NCBI GenBank assembly: GCA_964467155.1
Contig: CAYXNZ010000002.1
Coordinates: forward strand, 14,339 to 78,338
Direction of reading: 5' to 3'
DNA from: an uncultured Gammaproteobacteria bacterium
GTDB taxonomy: Bacteria > Patescibacteriota > Patescibacteriia > Patescibacteriales > GWC2-42-12
DNA length: 64,000 bases
Shown piece by piece: positions 22,424 to 31,284 of the stretch (position 1 is its first letter; every line of letters starts with the position of its first letter). The notes below the pieces were generated by a model. That model ran no database searches. It had not been told where the DNA came from and saw nothing but the letters and a program-made list of their open reading frames with translations. The translations under genes and the position numbers were made by a program.

Positions 22424-22460
22424 CCGGTCCGTTCACTCTATGTGGACGGGCCGTTTTTTT
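22424..22460 (+). terminator. intrinsic terminator
   Basis: CGGTCCGTTCAC/GTGGACGGGCCG stem followed by T run. Confidence 0.75.
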
Positions 22461-22546
22461 GCTCGAAAAGGGAAATTAAGGTATAATATTAACAGTCAAT
22501 AACTTGTTGATTAGTTTTGATTTTTAATTTTTTAACATAAAATTAT

Positions 22547-23131
22547 ATGGCTAAGAAAACAAAATTATCGCCAAAATTAGTTAAATATTTGGAAAAAGCT
22601 GGGATTGATCATGACATTTTAGAGCATAAAACTGTTTATACTGCTATTGATGCTGCCAATACCATGGAAAAGAAGCTGGGTGAGATTGCTAAATCTTTAT
22701 TGGTTAAAGCTGATAAGGATTATTTCTTGGTTTTATTACCAGCTGACCACAACTTAGATTTTAAAAAATTAGGTATTTGCATCGGTGCGCAAGCAGGTAA
22801 AAAAATTAAGGTTGTAAAAATTCCAGGAGAAAAAATAATGGAAAATGCTTTGAAGATTAAAGCAGGCGCGTTGAGTGCTTTTGGTGGTATTCATAAATTA
22901 CCAGTGATTATGGAAAAAAAATTGGTTGGAGTAAAGAAGGCTGTTTTTTCTTCAGGTAGTTTCAATCATTCAGTTGAAATGGCGGCAAAAGATTTTGTGA
23001 AATTAGAAAATACTTTTTTGGGAAATTTTGGGATTAAGAAAAAAATAAAATTACAAAAACCAGTCAAGAAAGTTGCTAAGAAGAAAGTAAAAGCTAAAAA
23101 AACGGTTGCCAAAAAGAAAAGTAAAAAATAG
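22547..23131 (+). CDS. YbaK/EbsC (aminoacyl-tRNA deacylase-like) family protein
   Basis: H..VYTA.DAA...IAKSLLV...LLPA; Lys/Ala-rich tail. Confidence 0.85.
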   Translation: MAKKTKLSPKLVKYLEKAGIDHDILEHKTVYTAIDAANTMEKKLGEIAKSLLVKADKDYFLVLLPADHNLDFKKLGICIGAQAGKKIKVVKIPGEKIMENALKIKAGALSAFGGIHKLPVIMEKKLVGVKKAVFSSGSFNHSVEMAAKDFVKLENTFLGNFGIKKKIKLQKPVKKVAKKKVKAKKTVAKKKSKK

Positions 23132-23146
23132 TAAAAAAATATCCCC

Positions 23147-23857
23147 ATGATGCAAATAAAAACAGACAAATTTGAAGGTCCGCTTGGGCTATTGCTTAAG
23201 CTGATCGAAAAAGAAGAAATGGATATCACTGAAATTTGTTTGGCAAAAATAACTGATCAATATATTAATTACATAAGAGATTCTGAATATATTAAGCCTG
23301 ACGACATGGCTGATTTTTTGGTTGTCGCAGCAAAATTATTGTTGATTAAATCAAAAGCTTTATTGCCATATTTATATACCGAAGAAGAAGCTGAGATTGA
23401 GGAATTTGAACAACAATTAAAAATGTACAAAGAGTTTATTGAGGCATCGAAGTTGATAGAGAAAATGATAGGCAAAAAGAAGTTTATGTTCGCTCGTGAG
23501 TTTAATCGTCAAGCTATGCTAGCTAATGCTAATGTATTTTCTCCACCAAAAAAAATAACAGTTGGAGATATTAAAATGGTTTTTGAAGAGTTAATTGGCA
23601 GATTAATGCCGACCGAAAAACTTGAAGAAAAATCAATGGAAGCGACAGTCAGTATTGACGAAAAAATTGCAAATATTAAAAGTTTACTTTTAGAAAGAAT
23701 TAAATTTAGTTTTAAGAAAATTTTGGATGGAGCACAGAATAAAACTGATACGATAGTAAGTTTCCTGGCTATGTTGGAGTTAATAAAACAAAAAACTATT
23801 ACAGCTGAGCAAAATAATTTATTTGGAGAAATCGAAATTAATAAAATACAAAACTAA
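23147..23857 (+). CDS. scpA: segregation and condensation protein A
   Basis: FEGPL.LLL.LI, LLLIKSKALLP, FLAMLEL, Q..LFGEI. Confidence 0.96.
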   Translation: MMQIKTDKFEGPLGLLLKLIEKEEMDITEICLAKITDQYINYIRDSEYIKPDDMADFLVVAAKLLLIKSKALLPYLYTEEEAEIEEFEQQLKMYKEFIEASKLIEKMIGKKKFMFAREFNRQAMLANANVFSPPKKITVGDIKMVFEELIGRLMPTEKLEEKSMEATVSIDEKIANIKSLLLERIKFSFKKILDGAQNKTDTIVSFLAMLELIKQKTITAEQNNLFGEIEINKIQN

Positions 23858-23877
23858 TCAGCTATTATTTTAAAAAC

Positions 23878-24423
23878 ATGGGTTTAAAAACAAAAATTGA
23901 ATCATTACTTTTCATTTCAGCTAAACCAATGCCGACGAAACAGTTAGCTGATTTATTAAAAGTAGAAAAAAGTAAAATACAAGAAGCTGGCGATGAACTA
24001 GTCGAAGAATATAAAAACAACAGACGTGGCGTGCAGATTATTAAAGATGGTTTAAAATATCAAATGGTAAGTGCACCAGAAAATGCTAAAGTTGTTCAGG
24101 AATTTATTAAAGATGAAACAACTGGTGAATTAACTAGACCAAGTCTGGAAGCATTAACAATCATTGCTTATCGAGGACCAATTTCCAAAATTGATTTAGA
24201 TAGAATTCGAGGTGTAAATTGTGCTTTAATTATAAGAAATTTATTATTACGTGGATTAATTGAAGCAAAAACCGACAGTAAGAAAAAAGAAACTTATTAT
24301 TCAGTGAGTTTTGATTTTATTCGTTTTCTCGGTATAAATAATATTGTTGATTTGCCTGATTATAAAAAATTAAACGAAGACGATACTCTTGATAAATTTT
24401 TAGAAGGAATTAACGATAATTAG
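23878..24423 (+). CDS. scpB: segregation and condensation protein B
   Basis: IESLLF, LEALTIIAYRGPI, IRGVN. Confidence 0.96.
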   Translation: MGLKTKIESLLFISAKPMPTKQLADLLKVEKSKIQEAGDELVEEYKNNRRGVQIIKDGLKYQMVSAPENAKVVQEFIKDETTGELTRPSLEALTIIAYRGPISKIDLDRIRGVNCALIIRNLLLRGLIEAKTDSKKKETYYSVSFDFIRFLGINNIVDLPDYKKLNEDDTLDKFLEGINDN

Positions 24424-24426
24424 AAT

Positions 24427-25617
24427 ATGAAAAGAAATATAATTGAAAATCCAAAAAAAATAGAACAAGTTGATTTAATAGTTGGCATCCCTTCATATAA
24501 TGAAGCTGATACAATTGCTCGTGTTATTAAACAAGTAGACAAGGGTTTGACTAAATATTTTCCAAAAGATAAAGCAGTTATTATCAATCTTGATAATCAT
24601 TCACCAGATGATACAAAAAAAGTTTTTTTGAGTACGAAAACTGACAATCCCAAAATGTATGTTTCAACTGCTAGGGGAGTCAGAGGTAAGGGTAGGAATC
24701 TATATAATCTTTTTCATTACACTAACCAATTAAAAGCAAAAGCAGTCGCTGTCGTAGATGCTGATTTAGAAAGTATTACACCTGACTGGATGAAAACATT
24801 AATAAAACCTATATTAGCAGGTCATGACCTGGTGACACCATATTATGCTAGATGTGAGTATGATGGTTCAATTACTAATCACATATGCTATCCATTAATT
24901 TACGGTTTATTTGGTTTGAATATACGCCAACCAATCGGTGGTGATTTTGCTTTTTCGCCCAAAGTGGCTGACTATTGGCTTCAACAAAAATGGCATAAAA
25001 CTACCTACAAGTATGGTATAGATATTTTTATGACGACCAATACAATTACTGGTGGGTTTAAAATAGCTCAAGGTGGATTGGGAGCAAAAATTCATAAGCC
25101 GAGTGCGCCTAAATTAGGACCGATGTTTTCTCAGGTTGTAGCGACATTGTTTAAAAACGTGTTGGCTAATAAAAAATTATGGCTTGGGGATATGGAAGAA
25201 AAACCAATAAAATATTTTGGTAAAAAGAATTTTGCTAAACCACAGACATTGGGTGTTGATTACAAAAGCATGAGAATAACGTCAATTTTTAATTTTCACG
25301 CCAATGAAGATATACTTAAAAGGGCTTTAAGTGGAGTTGTTTTTAAAAAAATAGAAAGAATGTATAAGACTGGTAAAATTGAAATAGATGATCAACTTTG
25401 GTGTAAAATTCTTTTTGATGTATTATATGCTTATGACAGAACTGATTTAAATGCTGGTTTAATTGAAGCAATTAAACCTTTGTATTTCGGACGTTTTATT
25501 AGTTTTTTTAGATCAACCTTAGATAAACCTTTCAAAGATTGTGAAGAAGAGATTAATGAACAGGCGAAATTGTTTTGGGAAGATCGTCGATATTTAATAA
25601 GTAAATACCACAAATAA
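24427..25617 (+). CDS. GT-A glycosyltransferase, glucosylglycerate/mannosylglycerate synthase-like
   Basis: IVGIPSYNEA, GKG, VDADL, DGSITNH, IRQPIGGDF, YGIDI. Confidence 0.85.
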   Translation: MKRNIIENPKKIEQVDLIVGIPSYNEADTIARVIKQVDKGLTKYFPKDKAVIINLDNHSPDDTKKVFLSTKTDNPKMYVSTARGVRGKGRNLYNLFHYTNQLKAKAVAVVDADLESITPDWMKTLIKPILAGHDLVTPYYARCEYDGSITNHICYPLIYGLFGLNIRQPIGGDFAFSPKVADYWLQQKWHKTTYKYGIDIFMTTNTITGGFKIAQGGLGAKIHKPSAPKLGPMFSQVVATLFKNVLANKKLWLGDMEEKPIKYFGKKNFAKPQTLGVDYKSMRITSIFNFHANEDILKRALSGVVFKKIERMYKTGKIEIDDQLWCKILFDVLYAYDRTDLNAGLIEAIKPLYFGRFISFFRSTLDKPFKDCEEEINEQAKLFWEDRRYLISKYHK

Positions 25618-25620
25618 TCT

Positions 25621-26694
25621 ATGCTAATTCCAGCAACAATTAGTTTTATTATATCCGCCTTATTATTTAGCGGATTTGGCGGAATAGCTCCTGATATGTT
25701 TTTGTCGTCATACGATAATCAACAAGATGGCATAGTGTTAGGTGTGTCAGAAGAAAATATAATAGATAGCAAAGAAATAGATTCAATTGATAAAAAAACT
25801 GGTTTGGAAAATGTTGTAGCTAAAATGGTTGATGAAACTCAAAAATTATCTTTGATTAATTTACCGCAATTACCACAGCTCGAGCAGCCGATTAAACGAT
25901 TACCAATCAGTGAAACAAAAAGTGGAAAAATTATTGTTAACGATATAGAAATGGACGCTGATAATGTTTCGGCTATGGATTGCCAAAGCGGTGATATGTT
26001 TTTTACCAAGCGGATAGATCAACCACGGTCAATCGCTAGTATAACTAAATTGGCGACAGCTTTAGTTTTTTTGGATTATAATCCTGGTTGGGATGAAATT
26101 TATGAGATGAGAGAATATGATAGACGAGAGGGAGGTGTCATCCATCTTTTTACCGGTGAGAAAGTAAAAGTAAAAGATTTGTTTTACACCAGTTTAGTTG
26201 GTTCAGGTAATACCGCAACAGTGGCCTTAGTTCATTCAACTGGTATGTCTGAGCAGGAGTTCGTTAACAAGATGAATGAAAAAGTAAAAGAGATTGGTTT
26301 AAAAAATACTCGTTTTGTTGAAGTGTCGGGTTTACATAGCGGAAATGTTTCAACAGCCAGAGAAGTCGCTAAATTGGCTGATATAGCTTTTTCAAACGAT
26401 GAGTTGGCGACAGCTTGTTCAACCGGAAAATATGATTATCAGACTAAAGGTGGTAGAAATAAAACAGTTTATAGTACAAACTATTTATTATCCAGCAAGG
26501 ATTTAAAAACTCAACATATTACAGTTTTGGGTGGTAAAACTGGACATATTGATGCGGCTGGATATTGCTTGGTTAGTAAATTCAAAAATACAAAAGGGGG
26601 AGAAATAATTACAGTAGTTTTGGGTACTGGGAATAATGGTGCTCGTTTCGCTGAAACAGAGAAATTGATTACAACTATTTATGAGAGACTATAG
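25621..26694 (+). CDS. D-alanyl-D-alanine carboxypeptidase (peptidase S11)
   Basis: SxxK (ASITKL), SGN, GKTG; N-terminal signal/TM. Confidence 0.92.
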   Translation: MLIPATISFIISALLFSGFGGIAPDMFLSSYDNQQDGIVLGVSEENIIDSKEIDSIDKKTGLENVVAKMVDETQKLSLINLPQLPQLEQPIKRLPISETKSGKIIVNDIEMDADNVSAMDCQSGDMFFTKRIDQPRSIASITKLATALVFLDYNPGWDEIYEMREYDRREGGVIHLFTGEKVKVKDLFYTSLVGSGNTATVALVHSTGMSEQEFVNKMNEKVKEIGLKNTRFVEVSGLHSGNVSTAREVAKLADIAFSNDELATACSTGKYDYQTKGGRNKTVYSTNYLLSSKDLKTQHITVLGGKTGHIDAAGYCLVSKFKNTKGGEIITVVLGTGNNGARFAETEKLITTIYERL

Positions 26695-26754
26695 ATTTGA
26701 GAATCTAGCATTAAAATGATATACTGTAATAAATATTAAAATTTATTTAAAAAT

Positions 26755-27537
26755 ATGACAATGAAAAAAGTTATTATTGCTAATTGGAAAATGAAGCTAA
26801 CATTAGCAAAAAGTTTAGATTTATCTAAAAAAATTAAAGAAAAATTCAAAAACTTTAAAGATGGGAATATTGCAGTTTGTCCTTCACCGATAGCTTTGAG
26901 TGAAGTTAGTAAAATATTAGAAAAAAGTAATGTCGCTTTTGGTTCTCAAAATGTTTTTTGGGAAGAAGAAGGAGCATATACTGGAGAAATTTCTCCAGCA
27001 CATTTGGTTGAACTTGGTTGTCGATATGTAATTATTGGACACAGTGAAAGAAGAAAATATTTAATAGAAAACTATGAAATGATTCATAAAAAAGTTAAAG
27101 CAGTCATTAATAGTGGAAATCTAATACCAGTTGTTTGTATTGGTGAAAATTGGGAGGAAAGAAAAACTGAAAAAAGAGATTTTGTTTTAGTCGATCAATT
27201 GCAACAAGCTTTGAGTGGATTAGATGTTATGGGAGACCAAGAAGTAATAGTAGCCTATGAGCCAATCTGGGCGATTGGTACTGGTACTGCGATTGAACCT
27301 TCAGAAGCAGAATATGCACATAAAATTATTAAACTAGCATTAAACGATATATTCGGCATGCAAACAGTTAGTAAGAATTTTAAAATTATATACGGCGGTA
27401 GTATAAATAGTAAAAATGTTGATGGTTTCGCAGATTTGGACGGCATCGATGGTTTACTAGTTGGTAGTGCCAGTCTTGACGCAGATGAGTTTTATAAAGT
27501 ATCACAATCAATCGTTAAGTCAAAAAAAATAAAATAA
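26755..27537 (+). CDS. tpiA: triosephosphate isomerase
   Basis: ANWKM, IGHSERR, AYEPIWAIGTG, YGGS. Confidence 0.98.
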   Translation: MTMKKVIIANWKMKLTLAKSLDLSKKIKEKFKNFKDGNIAVCPSPIALSEVSKILEKSNVAFGSQNVFWEEEGAYTGEISPAHLVELGCRYVIIGHSERRKYLIENYEMIHKKVKAVINSGNLIPVVCIGENWEERKTEKRDFVLVDQLQQALSGLDVMGDQEVIVAYEPIWAIGTGTAIEPSEAEYAHKIIKLALNDIFGMQTVSKNFKIIYGGSINSKNVDGFADLDGIDGLLVGSASLDADEFYKVSQSIVKSKKIK

Positions 27538-27556
27538 TTTAGATTAGTTTAAAAAT

Positions 27557-28432
27557 ATGTTAGTTCATATCAAAGAAGTAGTTGGACGAGCTAAAAAAGG
27601 TGGATATGCCTTAGGAGCTTTCAATATCCATAGTGTGGAATCTGTCTTAGGTGTGGCTCAAGCAGCAGTTAAAGCAAAGTCTCCAGCGATTATTCAAGTA
27701 TCTGAAAGTACTATTGACTACATGGGTTTAAAGCTAATAACTCATTTAGTTTCAACAATAGCAAAAAACATTGCTGCTAAAGTACCGATTGCTTTACACT
27801 TAGATCATGGTAAAAGTTTTGAATCTATCTTGGAATGCATTAACGCTGGTTTTACTTCTGTACATATTGACGCCTCAGCTTTACCGATAGATGAAAATAT
27901 TGCTATCACAAAACAAGTGGTCAAATTCGCACATCGTAAAGGTGTCTGGGTACAAGGAGAAGTTGGCTCTATGATCGGTGGACATGGTGATATTGCCGGA
28001 AGACTAGAAGATATACCAATTGCCGAATTAGCTGAAGTAATAAAATTTGCCAAAGAAACAGGAGTTGACACCTTGGCCGCAGCTGTTGGTACAGCGCATG
28101 GTGTTTATAAAAATGAAGATATAAATTTTCCACTTTTGAAAAAAATAATCAAACAAACAAAAAAAACATTTGTTCTTCATGGTGGCTCGGGTTTGCCTGA
28201 TAAAAAAATAAAAAGAGCGATAAAAGAGGGAGTAGACATAATTAATATTGGTAGTGACATAAAAATAGCTTTTTGTCAGGAGTTGATAAAAAATTGTAAA
28301 AATAATAACAAAGAAACAGATCCTAGAAATTTACTTCGACCGACTATTGGCGCGGTAGAGAAAGTAGCACTAAATAAAATGAAACTTTTTGGTAGTGCTA
28401 ACAAAATAATTATAAAAAATATAGAAACATAA
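27557..28432 (+). CDS. fba: class II fructose-bisphosphate aldolase
   Basis: ALHLDHG, GTAHG, VLHGGSG. Confidence 0.95.
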   Translation: MLVHIKEVVGRAKKGGYALGAFNIHSVESVLGVAQAAVKAKSPAIIQVSESTIDYMGLKLITHLVSTIAKNIAAKVPIALHLDHGKSFESILECINAGFTSVHIDASALPIDENIAITKQVVKFAHRKGVWVQGEVGSMIGGHGDIAGRLEDIPIAELAEVIKFAKETGVDTLAAAVGTAHGVYKNEDINFPLLKKIIKQTKKTFVLHGGSGLPDKKIKRAIKEGVDIINIGSDIKIAFCQELIKNCKNNNKETDPRNLLRPTIGAVEKVALNKMKLFGSANKIIIKNIET

Positions 28433-28445
28433 AAATAAATTTACT

Positions 28446-29255
28446 ATGTATAATATTGTGCCATTAATTTTAATCTTGATTAGTTTAAGTATAATTATAA
28501 TTATTTCAGTGAAGAAATTTTCTGTTTTGTCTAATCTAGACGTTGACAGTATACCAGCCGAAAAAGAAGCCAAATTCAAAGAGAGAATTATTAGTAATCG
28601 AATCAAGAGAAATATAATAAAATGGTGGTCAAAGATTAGCCGTTTAATAATTCCGATATTTAGTTGGATAGGTGATTTTTTTAAGGATTATTATCAAAAA
28701 CTTAATGAATTAAAGAAAGATTATCGTCCAGAATTAAAATTATCAGAAAATGAAAAAGAGTCATTAATTGAAAAAACATTAGTAGATGTAGATGAATCAT
28801 GTCGACAGGAAGATTATGAAGAAGCGGAGAAAAATTTAATTAACATTATTGGTCAAGATCCAACTAATTTGAAAGCTTTTAAAAAATTAGCAGATATTTA
28901 TCTGGAAAAAAAGAATTTAGAAGAAGCAAAACAGACATATGAACACATTCTAAAATTATTAGAAACTAAGGATTTAATTAACGATGAAACGGATAAAAAT
29001 AGACAAATAGCACAAATTTATTTTAATTTATCTGAAGTAAGCCTAGAACAAGATTGTTTTGACGAAGCAGGGGGATATATTAAGCAGGCGTTAGAAATAG
29101 AGCCAAATAACCCGAGATATCTTGACATAATGCTTGAAATCAGTATAATTAAAAAAGACAAAATCCAAGCTTTTGAAGCCTATGATAAGTTTAAAAAATC
29201 TAATCCCGAGAATGAAAAATTGGATGATTTGAAGCAACAAATAGATGAGCTGTAA
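28446..29255 (+). CDS. membrane-anchored TPR protein
   Basis: N-terminal TM then TPR-like helices (QDPTN, ALEIEPNN). Confidence 0.82.
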   Translation: MYNIVPLILILISLSIIIIISVKKFSVLSNLDVDSIPAEKEAKFKERIISNRIKRNIIKWWSKISRLIIPIFSWIGDFFKDYYQKLNELKKDYRPELKLSENEKESLIEKTLVDVDESCRQEDYEEAEKNLINIIGQDPTNLKAFKKLADIYLEKKNLEEAKQTYEHILKLLETKDLINDETDKNRQIAQIYFNLSEVSLEQDCFDEAGGYIKQALEIEPNNPRYLDIMLEISIIKKDKIQAFEAYDKFKKSNPENEKLDDLKQQIDEL

Positions 29256-29337
29256 TTTTAAGCAACTAATAATAAATAGCTAAAATTTGATTTTAAGGTT
29301 GCTAGCTATGAGTTATTAGTTATTTTAGTTTTTGTAT

Positions 29338-29416
29338 GCCGAGATAGCTTCCCGCTAGCTAGCGGGACAGGCAGTTTCCGCCAGAGGCGGACCAGCCTTT
29401 GGCTGGGGTAGATCAC
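29338..29416 (+). pseudogene. 5' fragment of tRNA-Thr interrupted by two palindromic insertions
   Basis: GCCGAGATAGCT[22 nt]CAGTT[30 nt]GGTAGATCAC versus intact GCCGAGATAGCTCAGTTGGTAGAGCAC at 29424. Confidence 0.8.
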
Positions 29417-29423
29417 AACATAT

Positions 29424-29496
<73 letters not shown>

Positions 29497-29525
29497 CAGG
29501 GAACGTAAATTAACAAGATTTAAAA

Positions 29526-29610
29526 GGGTCGGTACCAAAGCGGTCAAATGGGGCAGACTGTAAATCTGCTGGCTACGCCTTCGTTGGTTCGAATCCAGCC
29601 CGGCCCACCA
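29526..29610 (+). tRNA. tRNA-Tyr(GTA)
   Basis: GCAGA-CTGTAAA-TCTGC, long variable arm, encoded CCA. Confidence 0.97.
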
Positions 29611-29645
29611 AATCAATTAAGAATTAAAAATTAAGAAAAAAGAAT

Positions 29646-29801
29646 ATGTCGCAAGAAAACATGATAAAGTTGGAGTGTACTGAATGTAAGAGAATAAATT
29701 ATTTTTCAAGAAAAAATAAAAAGACTCTTAAAGATAGATTAGAATTAAAAAAATATTGTAAGCATTGTAAGAAGCACACTCTTCATAAAGAAACAAAATA
29801 A
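29646..29801 (+). CDS. rpmG: 50S ribosomal protein L33 (zinc type; absent from the ORF track)
   Basis: manual translation [19 protein letters not shown]...[21 protein letters not shown]. Confidence 0.96.
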   Translation: MSQENMIKLECTECKRINYFSRKNKKTLKDRLELKKYCKHCKKHTLHKETK

Positions 29802-29802
29802 T

Positions 29803-29855
29803 ACCTCACCCCAGCCCCTCTCCTAATTAGGAGAGGGGAATAAAAAGGGAGAGGT
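29803..29855. repeat. REP-like palindromic element (CCCCTCTCC...GGAGAGGGG family)
   Basis: ACCTCACCCCAGCCCCTCTCCTAATTAGGAGAGGGG...GGGAGAGGT; related to repeats at 48284-48877. Confidence 0.75.
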
Positions 29856-29865
29856 TTAATTTCAG

Positions 29866-29936
29866 GCGGGATTCGTATAATGGTAGTACAGGGGTCTCCA
29901 AAACCTCTAGCGGGGGTTCGATTCCCTCATCCCGTG
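29866..29936 (+). tRNA. tRNA-Trp(CCA)
   Basis: GCGGGAT/ATCCCGT acceptor stem, GGGGT-CTCCAAA-ACCTC, GGTTCGATTCC. Confidence 0.95.
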
Positions 29937-29990
29937 CAAATAAAATAACGCTAATTTTAGCGTTATTTTAGTTTTGTCGCATTCTTGCTA

Positions 29991-30019
29991 TTGACATAAG
30001 TATAACTTTTTGCTATAAT
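29991..30019 (+). promoter_or_regulatory. consensus sigma70 promoter of the DGR target gene
   Basis: TTGACA-17 nt-TATAAT with TG extension. Confidence 0.8.
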
Positions 30020-30222
30020 AAAATATTAAAATCGCTCATTTAAAAAAGGCTTATCCTTACTTTCTTTTGGTTTGTTTTGCTTTTAAAGCAGATCAAAAGA
30101 AAGTCTTGGGATAAACCCTCGGCTATTACAAAAGTGTCAGCTTGTTTTAGCGGTGATATGCTTAAGGCATTAGGGCTTTAAGTGTAGAACTGTTTGACAG
30201 CGGATGCGAAAGGAGCGGAAAG

Positions 30223-30771
30223 ATGAGTAAAATTACCGTAGAACAGATCGGCGAGCTGGTTGAGCAAAGCAAGGGTGAGAATCCTCGGGTAACCAGGGAG
30301 ATCCTGCAGGCTTTCCTGCGAAACCCCAACGCCTTTCTGCGGGCAAGCGTTTATTCAGCTACCGTTGATTACGGGAAAAGCGTTGAGGAAATGGTTGTCG
30401 CCGGCAACTACGACTGGAAAAACAAAGACATCAATTCCAAAAACTTTCCCGTATCAGGTGAGGGAACGGTCAACGTCAATTTCGAGTTGATCCACCTCAA
30501 CAAGGGAGTTAGCTCCGAGGATGCTTTGACCCACCTCGAAGAAAACGGGATGAGGCCACCGACAATTGAGGAATTACTGGTGTTCGGCTCCAGTTACCCC
30601 GAAATCCAGCGGGAATTTCCGGTTATTTGCCTCGGCTCGTCTTGGGTTAATCCCGGCGGCGACCGTTACGTGCCTTACCTCAACGGGAATGGTTCGGAGC
30701 GTGGCCTCGACCTCGGCTGGTTCGACGATGACTGGAATGGGTACTGTCGTTTTCTGGCCGTTCGCAAGTAG
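30223..30771 (+). CDS. DGR target (variable) protein, probable C-terminal C-type-lectin-like fold
   Basis: 3' end is the VR; RPPTIEELL and terminal CRFLAVRK resemble CLec-type DGR targets; SD AAAGGAG. Confidence 0.9.
   Translation: MSKITVEQIGELVEQSKGENPRVTREILQAFLRNPNAFLRASVYSATVDYGKSVEEMVVAGNYDWKNKDINSKNFPVSGEGTVNVNFELIHLNKGVSSEDALTHLEENGMRPPTIEELLVFGSSYPEIQREFPVICLGSSWVNPGGDRYVPYLNGNGSERGLDLGWFDDDWNGYCRFLAVRK
30633..30769 (+). repeat. DGR variable repeat (VR)
   Basis: 137 nt ungapped match to 31144-31280; 12 mismatches, all opposite TR adenines. Confidence 0.97.
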
Positions 30772-30846
30772 GATCTTGTCGCCTTGTGTCCTTGGAACTG
30801 GAACTTTGTCCCTTGGACACTTGGCAACTTGTAACCTCACAACAAA

Positions 30847-30900
30847 AACCCCGCACGTTTTATGCTTAGAAAAGCAGACGACGAGCGGGGTTATTTATTT
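30847..30900 (+). terminator. GC hairpin downstream of VR (terminator and/or DGR recognition hairpin)
   Basis: AACCCCGC...GCGGGGTT with inner TGCTT/AAGCA, followed by T-rich run. Confidence 0.65.
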
Positions 30901-31143
30901 TGTGATATAATAAATTTGGAAAGTAAACGAATCAGCTCACGGCTACGGTTGCGGGCGGTTGAAATCTGGATACTGCAACAAGTGAGATTATCCAAGGTTA
31001 CGGCTTTGGGTAGAGTGCCGTTGCAATATTCCATAAAATAAAAATACTTGGTATAAGATATCAGTGGGATAATAGCCCCGAATAAAATACAGCCCCGAGA
31101 GTATTCAAAGGGCGGTGGCAAAGACGATATCTTATTATTTTAA

Positions 31144-31280
31144 CGGCTCGTCTTGGGTTAATCCCGACGGCAACCGTAACGTGCCTTACCTCAACAGGAA
31201 TGGTTCGAAGCGTAACCTCAACCTCAACTGGTTCGACAATGACTGGAATGAGTACTGTCGTTTTCTGGCCGTTCGCAAGT
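31144..31280 (+). repeat. DGR template repeat (TR)
   Basis: AAC/AAT-rich copy of VR with 31 adenines; lies between target and RT. Confidence 0.97.
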
Positions 31281-31284
31281 CTTT

